From Rhizomicrobium sp. (GTDB taxonomy: Bacteria; Pseudomonadota; Alphaproteobacteria; Micropepsales; Micropepsaceae), in contig DATCEI010000253.1 of NCBI GenBank assembly GCA_036510185.1, forward strand, positions 1,705-65,704: DNA of 64,000 bases. Direction: 5' to 3'. Numbering within the stretch: the first letter of the stretch is position 1; each line of letters opens with the position of its first letter. The translations under genes and the position numbers were made by a program. The notes below the pieces were generated by a model that was not told where the DNA came from, made no database searches, and worked only from the letters and a program-made list of their open reading frames with translations. This document shows, piece by piece, positions 57,423 through 64,000 of this stretch.

Positions 57423-60400
57423 TTACCAATTCTTCGTGACGCGGATGCCGATCAGCTTTGGATCAGTCAGAAACACGTTGGTCGTAAGTCCGCTGTCGTC
57501 GCTGTTCAGGAAGTCGCCGGTAATCGTCGTCTCATTGAAGACATTCTTGTCGTAGAGCATCACCTGCCAGCCGTTTTGGTTGGTAAAGATAAGCGTCAGA
57601 TTGACGTTGGTGTAGCCACGGATGCGGTCATAAGGGTTGTCATTGAAAATGCGCGCCCAGGAATAGTCCTGCCAATAATAATCGCCGCGCGCAGTGCCCG
57701 CCCAATCCTGCGTGATTGGAAGCGTATATTGCATACCGAACGACACGGTAATGGGTGGCGCATTGGGAAGCTTGTTGCCGCCGAGAGGTTTGGCAAAACC
57801 TTCGCCATCGTTGATGGCAGGCTGGGTCGGATCGAAGCCCGGATAGCCCGCCGGTATCGGCGCCGGATTGCCGAGGGTGACGGGAGCCGTGCTTATCCCG
57901 GTGGGATTGGCGGAGTAGGGTCTGTTCGTGACCGGATCCAGAAGATTGGTATAAGCGATGCCGCAAGCAAAAGGACCAACGCCACCCTGATAAGTGCCGT
58001 TCGGGTTAGTACCGGATTCGGGAATACCGGTGGGTTGCTCTTCCAGAAGCGCTGCCAAAACGTAGTCGGGAAGAATGCAGTTGGAGGCTTGTGTCGGGAA
58101 CGGCTTGATGACCATCCATCCCGGCGTACCGGCCGTGCGGTCCATCAAATCGATGGCACTCTGGCCATCGCCGACCCTCGTATCCTCGTAGCCGCCCGCG
58201 AAGTTGAATCGTAATCCAGGAATAGGCTCCCACGTCGATTCGAGCTCGGCCCCTTTCACCGTGGCGTTGAAATTCAGGTTGATCGATGTGTGGTCCACGA
58301 TTTCGGAAATCTGATAGCCCGTGTAGTTGTAATAGAAGACGTCGCCGTTCAGCATCAGCGCGCCGTCAAGCAGCGTGTTCTTGGTGCCGAGTTCGAAAGC
58401 CTCTATATATTCCGGCTTGAAGGTGACGGGGTGATCGGTGATCGAGACCGAGCCATCTCCGAATTTATCGAATTCCGCGCCCGGGGGATTGGCGCCGCCA
58501 GCCTTGTAGCCATGCGCATAGGAACCATAGATCAATGTCTGATCGGTGAAGCTAAGCTTCGGCGTCCAGTTTAGCACCGCCCGGCCCGTCAACCGGTCCC
58601 ATTGCTGGTCCACGATCCCGGTAGTCGCATAGCCATAGCCTTGCGTGATGACTTCGCTGGGAATATCGGTGAAATGCTTTTTGTCGATCGTATAGCGCAG
58701 GCCCGCTGTCAGCTTGAGATCGCTCGCGATATTATAATAAGCCTCGCCGAATCCCGCATAGGAACTCAACGTATAGGGGTTCTGGCTAAGGAAATAATTG
58801 TGGCCCTTGTTGCTGAGACTTCCGATTGGATTCGTATCGACAAAGATGCATTGCTGGAAGGGTTCGCCACCACCAATGCCGGGATTGAGATTTTGCCAGC
58901 CTCCGCGAAAGTTGCTAGTTTGTATACAATCACTGTTGTCGAGCGCGCTGCCGTCGCCGCCATGATATTCATTGGACGCGTAGGCTGTCAGCGCGTTGAT
59001 GAAGACGTAATAATTCTCTTCTGTCTCGTAATGAAGATAATTGCCGCCAACACTGAAATTGATTGGGCCGCTGAAATTCGAAGCCACACGGAACTCTTGG
59101 CTTAATTGCCAAGCATGCTCCTCTGACAAGTCCTGACCGACGATGCGGTCCGAACAACCCAATTGCGGATCGCAAAATATCTCCGCGTCAGGTATCGAGG
59201 GATCGGGAAAGAAATAGCCTGCAGGCGCGCCAATCGCATATCCAAACACGCCCGGCGTCGTGTCGAAGCGGTTGTAATCCTCGGTGGACCACAGGAAATC
59301 CTGATTGTAGCCGGTTTGCGATGTCAGCGTCAGTGATGGATTGATGCTATAATTCGCATTGAATTCGAGCGTGTCGTTCTTCGCTTTGTATTGCGGTGTA
59401 AGCGCGGACTGAATACTACGCAGATTGGTGGATTGTGTCGTCTCTGCGTAAGGATTGACGAAACCGGTGCCACCCGCAAGGCCCAGCGCAATAACAAACG
59501 GCAGCGAGGGACCATAAGGCACCTGAAACGCATCGGGAGTATAGAGCGACGACGCCTCACAGCCTTGACTTGTATAATTTTGATCGAGCGTCAACGCACC
59601 GCCACCATATACCGCCGCATTAGCGGGATTAGAGCCAGCCACCGGCACCGGCACACCGTTAATGCTCGTGACCGGCTGCGATGTCTTGCACAGCTGCTTG
59701 GCCGTGCGCATGCGATCATCATCTTCGCTGAAATGTTCCCAGATCAGATCGCCTTCAAAATTCGGACTGGGTTTCCAGGCAAGCGTCGCACGCCCGGACC
59801 ACAGATCGCGGCCATCGACGGGCGCGTCCAACGTCGTGTCGAATGTATAGCCGTTGCGCTTGGTCCATTCGCCCGCGACGCGCAGATCGAGCCGGTCGTC
59901 GACAATCGGGATATTCAACATGCCTTCGATGCGGCGGTTCTGATAATTACCGATATCGGCGGACGCCATTGCTTCGAACTGGTCGGTGGGTTTGGCGGAA
60001 ACGAGATTGACCACGCCCGCCGTTGCGTTGCGGCCATAAAGCGTTCCTTGCGGGCCGCGTAAGACCTCCACTTGCGAAACGTCGTAGAATTCCTGCTCGA
60101 AGAAATGATTGCGGATGAAGGGAATATCGTTGAACGCGACCGCCACGGCGGGATCGGTTGTCACCGAAATCGCCTGCGTGCCGATGCCGCGCAACTGAAT
60201 GGAGTAACCGGAGAAATTCGTTTTCGTGAACGTCATGTTCGGAACCTGCTTCACAAGATCCGGACCGCCCGCGGTTTGCGTGGCCGTTAATTGTTCCTGG
60301 CTAAGCGCTGTTATCGAAATCGGAATGTTCTGAACATCGCCACCGATTTTCGACGAAGTAACCGTCACGGTTTCCAGAGACGCGCCGGACACGGACGCCG

Positions 60401-60746
60401 CTGGCGCCGCCGCGATATGAAGGGACTGCAAATTTATTTCGGCGTGTTCGTCGCGCACGACAGCGATGGCGCCCCCTTCGCGTCGTACAGCAAAGCCCGT
60501 GCCCGCAAGGATGTGCAGCAAGGCTTCTTCCTGCGAGAGATCGCCTTTCGCGCCTTTGGTGTGCGAGCCGCGCAACGCGTCTCCAGAAACGATCAGCGCC
60601 TGACCCGTCTGTTTGGTGTAGCTGTCGAGCGCGGCGGAAAGATCGCCTCCGGGAATATTGAAATTCTCCGCCGACGCGCCGATGACGAAGGCGGCAGCGC
60701 AGACGCAGCCCGCGATGGATGCTTTCAGGAATGAGAAGTATGACAT
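57423..60746 (-). CDS. TonB-dependent transducer with STN domain (cassette 3)
   Basis: FNIPGG.L..AL, ETVTVTSSK, plug motif, ends VTKNW. Confidence 0.93.
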   Translation of the reverse strand: MSYFSFLKASIAGCVCAAAFVIGASAENFNIPGGDLSAALDSYTKQTGQALIVSGDALRGSHTKGAKGDLSQEEALLHILAGTGFAVRREGGAIAVVRDEHAEINLQSLHIAAAPAASVSGASLETVTVTSSKIGGDVQNIPISITALSQEQLTATQTAGGPDLVKQVPNMTFTKTNFSGYSIQLRGIGTQAISVTTDPAVAVAFNDIPFIRNHFFEQEFYDVSQVEVLRGPQGTLYGRNATAGVVNLVSAKPTDQFEAMASADIGNYQNRRIEGMLNIPIVDDRLDLRVAGEWTKRNGYTFDTTLDAPVDGRDLWSGRATLAWKPSPNFEGDLIWEHFSEDDDRMRTAKQLCKTSQPVTSINGVPVPVAGSNPANAAVYGGGALTLDQNYTSQGCEASSLYTPDAFQVPYGPSLPFVIALGLAGGTGFVNPYAETTQSTNLRSIQSALTPQYKAKNDTLEFNANYSINPSLTLTSQTGYNQDFLWSTEDYNRFDTTPGVFGYAIGAPAGYFFPDPSIPDAEIFCDPQLGCSDRIVGQDLSEEHAWQLSQEFRVASNFSGPINFSVGGNYLHYETEENYYVFINALTAYASNEYHGGDGSALDNSDCIQTSNFRGGWQNLNPGIGGGEPFQQCIFVDTNPIGSLSNKGHNYFLSQNPYTLSSYAGFGEAYYNIASDLKLTAGLRYTIDKKHFTDIPSEVITQGYGYATTGIVDQQWDRLTGRAVLNWTPKLSFTDQTLIYGSYAHGYKAGGANPPGAEFDKFGDGSVSITDHPVTFKPEYIEAFELGTKNTLLDGALMLNGDVFYYNYTGYQISEIVDHTSINLNFNATVKGAELESTWEPIPGLRFNFAGGYEDTRVGDGQSAIDLMDRTAGTPGWMVIKPFPTQASNCILPDYVLAALLEEQPTGIPESGTNPNGTYQGGVGPFACGIAYTNLLDPVTNRPYSANPTGISTAPVTLGNPAPIPAGYPGFDPTQPAINDGEGFAKPLGGNKLPNAPPITVSFGMQYTLPITQDWAGTARGDYYWQDYSWARIFNDNPYDRIRGYTNVNLTLIFTNQNGWQVMLYDKNVFNETTITGDFLNSDDSGLTTNVFLTDPKLIGIRVTKNW

Positions 60747-60783
60747 TGATCCCCCTTTTGTCCGGCGCTGCCCGTTTCCGGCA

Positions 60784-61755
60784 TCAGCGTGAAATCACGA
60801 TTTCGTCGCCGCGGCTTTCCACATGCAGGCCCAGAACATCCCGCGCCACGCGCGCGAACGTGTCGATATTGCCGGACTGGAACGTGCCGTAGATGGTGCG
60901 TTTGGCGAGGCTTGCATCGGCAACGACAAGCTTGCGGCGGTTGTAGCGGTTGAATTCATCCGCCGCTTCGCCAAGCGCAGTATATTTGAAAACTAGAAGA
61001 CCCTGCCGCCAGCTCAACGCATTGGCGAGGTCGCCGCTGGGCTTTTTCGTCATGGACAGCGAATTGGCGGTTGCGACCACAACATCGCCGGGTGCCAGCA
61101 ATTTCGACGGCTGCGCATGTCCATCGGATGTATCGATGCGCGCGGCGCCTTCGGTCAACGCCACTTCAAGCCGGTCGGCATCGCGGCGGACGAGGAATTT
61201 TGTGCCCAGATCGGTAATGCGATGCGCGCCCGCATTCACGACAAAGGGATGCGCCGCATCGTGTCTGATCTGGAAATAGGCTTCGCCTTTAACAAGTTCG
61301 GCCTCGCGTGCGCCCGCGCGCAGAACGGTGTCGGTGTTCAGTTCGATGCGCGAACCATCGGCCAGCGCCACAATCCGGTGGCCGCCAATCGCCGTTTGAT
61401 AGGTCGTCATCTGCGACGCGAGCAGATATTTCGCTCCGGCAGCACCAACCACAACAACCGTAATCATCGCCGCAGCAAAGCGTAGCGGGAAAGACCATGA
61501 ACGCTTTTGCGGCGCGGGTGCGGCGGTTTCGGACGGCGACGAACGCAATGCTGCCAGTCTCTCGGTACGGCCCCACGCCGCCTCAAGCCGCCAATATGCG
61601 AGCCGATGCGCCAGCGAATCCGCAAGCCACGCATCGAGCGCCGCCTGATCGGTCTTGCTCCAGTTCCAGAAATTCTGCCGCTGCAGCCAATCCGCCGCGC
61701 GCGCCTCGGCAGCCTCCGCGTCCATTGCTGCGATTTTTCGGTCCAGACCGCTCAT
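60784..61755 (-). CDS. FecR family anti-sigma factor (cassette 3)
   Basis: AADW, LADGSRIELNTD, GEAYF, GTKF, FNRYN. Confidence 0.93.
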   Translation of the reverse strand: MSGLDRKIAAMDAEAAEARAADWLQRQNFWNWSKTDQAALDAWLADSLAHRLAYWRLEAAWGRTERLAALRSSPSETAAPAPQKRSWSFPLRFAAAMITVVVVGAAGAKYLLASQMTTYQTAIGGHRIVALADGSRIELNTDTVLRAGAREAELVKGEAYFQIRHDAAHPFVVNAGAHRITDLGTKFLVRRDADRLEVALTEGAARIDTSDGHAQPSKLLAPGDVVVATANSLSMTKKPSGDLANALSWRQGLLVFKYTALGEAADEFNRYNRRKLVVADASLAKRTIYGTFQSGNIDTFARVARDVLGLHVESRGDEIVISR

Positions 61756-62342
61756 GTGGGTTTTCCCAAATCTTTCGGCGCGCTGTAGAGCGTGTTGGCA
61801 AGCGCGCGCATGCCCTTGGCGAGATGTTCCGACACCGTGCCTTCGGTGAGGCCGAGCCGCACGGCGATTTCGCGGCCCGACAATCCTTCGATACGGCCCA
61901 TCACAATCACTTCGCGGCAGCGTGGTGCAAGCCTGTCGAGTGCCGACTGCAAGCGGCGCAATTCATCGCGCGCGATGACGCTGCGTTCCGGCCCCGGCGC
62001 ATCGAGCGTGATGTCGAGCGCTTCCAAATCCGTCACCGATTCAATGGACACCACCTGCTCGCGCCGCACGCGGTCGATCAGCAGATTGCGCGCCGTCGTG
62101 AACAGAAACTGACGCGGCTGCGCGGGCAAATCCTTCATCGCCGCTTCGCAAACGCGCAGATAAATCTCTTGGCGTAAATCGGCGATGTCGTTCTGGTTGC
62201 GCCAATTGTGCTGGAGAAATTGCATCAGCGCCGATTCCAGCGGCAGCATCTCGCGCACGAACCAGCCCTTGAGATCGAACGCATGGCCGGCCGCGCCGGA
62301 ATGGCGCGCCATGTTGCCGTCTTCGTCCGGACTCTCGTTCAT
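61752..62342 (-). CDS. FecI-like ECF sigma factor (cassette 3)
   Basis: WFVREMLPLE, DLRQEIY, ARNLLIDR; start 62342 or 62351. Confidence 0.92.
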   Translation of the reverse strand: MNESPDEDGNMARHSGAAGHAFDLKGWFVREMLPLESALMQFLQHNWRNQNDIADLRQEIYLRVCEAAMKDLPAQPRQFLFTTARNLLIDRVRREQVVSIESVTDLEALDITLDAPGPERSVIARDELRRLQSALDRLAPRCREVIVMGRIEGLSGREIAVRLGLTEGTVSEHLAKGMRALANTLYSAPKDLGKPT

Positions 62343-62500
62343 CCCGCGCACCCATGCCCTTTCGGGCCTGCCGTCTGTTCAGACGAATGGGCCTGCGAAA
62401 GCTTTGGCACCAACTGCAATTATCGCACGCAGGCGCGCACAAAAGCAGGCAGATGCAGCGCAATTTTGTTTTGCGATAAACGGCGAGCGCGACAGTTAAT

Positions 62501-63253
62501 CTAGGCTGCGGCTTCTTTCCCGCGCGCGGGGCGCTGGGGAAAGAGAAGGATACATCCCACAATGAGAACGGCAATGACGGCGCTGGCGAGCGGGCGGCTG
62601 ATATTCAGGCCGCCATGCGCCACGGGTTTGTCGAAGAAATCGCCCACGGTTGCGCCGAGCGGCCGGGTGAGAATGAACGCCGCCCAGAACAACGTCACAT
62701 GCGAAATCGCGGTCCAGAAATAGGCGGCGGCCACAAGCAGCAGCGCCGCGCCGAACACAAGCGCGCCACCCTCATAGCCGAGGCCGGAATCCGCGATCCA
62801 GTCGCCCAGCGCCGTGCCCAGTGTTTGCGAAAAGGTGATCGCCGCCCAATAAAATATTTCCACTTTCGGCGTGCGCACGGTTTGAACAGAGATCGAACCT
62901 TGCGACCAGTACCACAATGCGAGCGTTGTCATGACGCATACGAACAGCAGGATCGAGCCGCCCGGATAACCGATGCCGAGCGAACGGTCGGCGAAATCGG
63001 CCATCGTCGTGCCCGCTGTGGTGGAGGCGATGATCGTCGCCCAATAAAGAAACGGATGAAACTGCTTCGCCGCGATCTGGAAAACAACGAGCGCAGCAAG
63101 TGCCGCGAGAAATATCGCGGTGCCTGCGAGATAACCCCAATTCAATGTCATCGAGACGGTGTCACCGCCGGTTTCGCCCAGCGTGGTGGCGAGAATCTTG
63201 ATGATCCAGAAGCCCAGCGTAACAGCGGGCACTTTGCTTGCGGCGGAATTCAT
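62501..63253 (-). CDS. COG4705/DUF347 repeat membrane protein
   Basis: SKVP.VT..FW..K..ATTLGETGGD, TLGTALGD, TRPLGA..GD. Confidence 0.85.
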   Translation of the reverse strand: MNSAASKVPAVTLGFWIIKILATTLGETGGDTVSMTLNWGYLAGTAIFLAALAALVVFQIAAKQFHPFLYWATIIASTTAGTTMADFADRSLGIGYPGGSILLFVCVMTTLALWYWSQGSISVQTVRTPKVEIFYWAAITFSQTLGTALGDWIADSGLGYEGGALVFGAALLLVAAAYFWTAISHVTLFWAAFILTRPLGATVGDFFDKPVAHGGLNISRPLASAVIAVLIVGCILLFPQRPARGKEAAA

Positions 63254-63286
63254 GCTGCGCCTTTCACAGACGGGCGCGCGAGTCTA

Positions 63287-64000
63287 TCAGAACGTCACCA
63301 GAAGCGCGCCGTACCAGTTTTCGCGCGCGTCTTCGCCGGTGTTCTGCAGGCCCGGCCCGACCGAGGCCATCAGATGGAAATTGTCGCTCAGATCATAGGT
63401 CGCGCCGAAACCGAGATTGGTGGCGGCGCGCCCGCCTTTTGCGTCGGCGGTCTGGTAATAGACCTCCGCACCCACCATCAATTTGTCGGTCAGTTGGCGC
63501 GTCAGCACCCAGCCTGCCGTGCAGAAGCTTTGCGAATCCCCGCCGCGATCGAGCACGCAACCGCCGCCGCCGAATGTCGTCCATCTGTCCCAGCTGCGCT
63601 GAACCCAGAACGGCAGCAACAGCGAAACATGCCGTTCGCCCACTTCGCCCGATCCTGCCGGCAAAAACACGCGCGGGAAGAACGCCACATCCACGCCCGC
63701 ATCATCCTGATGCAGGAATTTGTATTTCGCGGCGAGTTCGATATTGCCGAGATTGGCTGCGGACGGCGCGCCGCTCGGCACATCCCACGAAACCGGCAGC
63801 ACGGCGGTGAGCTGAAGATCGGGAGCCGCGCCGTAATTGAAATCGATGCCGCCCTCGCCGCCCCAATCGTCGCGCGCGTCCGCCCCGCCGGCGTAAAGGT
63901 AGATTTCGTAATGGCCGAGATCGGTCGGCTCCGGGTCGTCGGTGGCGAAAGGCGGCCCGGCTGCGGCGGAGAGCGAAAAGCCCGCGCCCAGCAAAGCACC
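63287..64000 (-). CDS. Probable outer-membrane beta-barrel (transporter-like), 5' end outside window
   Basis: GPPF.TDDPEP after the signal peptide, G.GN.EL..KY.F, amphipathic strands, C-terminal F. Confidence 0.7.
   Translation of the reverse strand, partial: GALLGAGFSLSAAAGPPFATDDPEPTDLGHYEIYLYAGGADARDDWGGEGGIDFNYGAAPDLQLTAVLPVSWDVPSGAPSAANLGNIELAAKYKFLHQDDAGVDVAFFPRVFLPAGSGEVGERHVSLLLPFWVQRSWDRWTTFGGGGCVLDRGGDSQSFCTAGWVLTRQLTDKLMVGAEVYYQTADAKGGRAATNLGFGATYDLSDNFHLMASVGPGLQNTGEDARENWYGALLVTF

Noticed and set aside
36032-60746. Diversity-generating retroelement behind receptor variability
   Set aside because: No reverse transcriptase and no template/variable repeat pair differing only at adenines was seen

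Overview
GC-rich alphaproteobacterial chromosome segment; gene content is consistent with a Rhizomicrobium/Micropepsales- or Caulobacter-like lineage, but this is inferred. The window is mostly housekeeping genes (pepN, speD/speE, leuD/leuB, pyrD, class I lysS, DinG helicase, dcd, pckA, moeB, polA) plus two accessory blocks. The first is a predicted general-stress (EcfG/sigmaT) island, 27.3-36 kb: ligD, ku, DUF4142 and a TonB receptor-YfiR-kinase-receiver operon, each preceded by a GGAAC-N16/17-(C/A)(G/A)TT promoter. The second is three paralogous ECF sigma-FecR-TonB-dependent transducer cassettes with Cys-rich hypervariable loops, two of which carry a paralogous uncharacterised outer-membrane protein. 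The most striking oddity is an AT-rich in-frame insert of about 80 aa in the 5' nuclease domain of polA that is a second copy of the polymerase thumb subdomain. Other oddities: a KirBac-like channel lacking the K+ filter, a hybrid kinase with both downstream phosphoacceptors degenerate, a structured speD leader, and REP-like repeats. No rRNA, tRNA, CRISPR array or transposase was recognised. All calls come from reading motifs by eye; no database searches were run.
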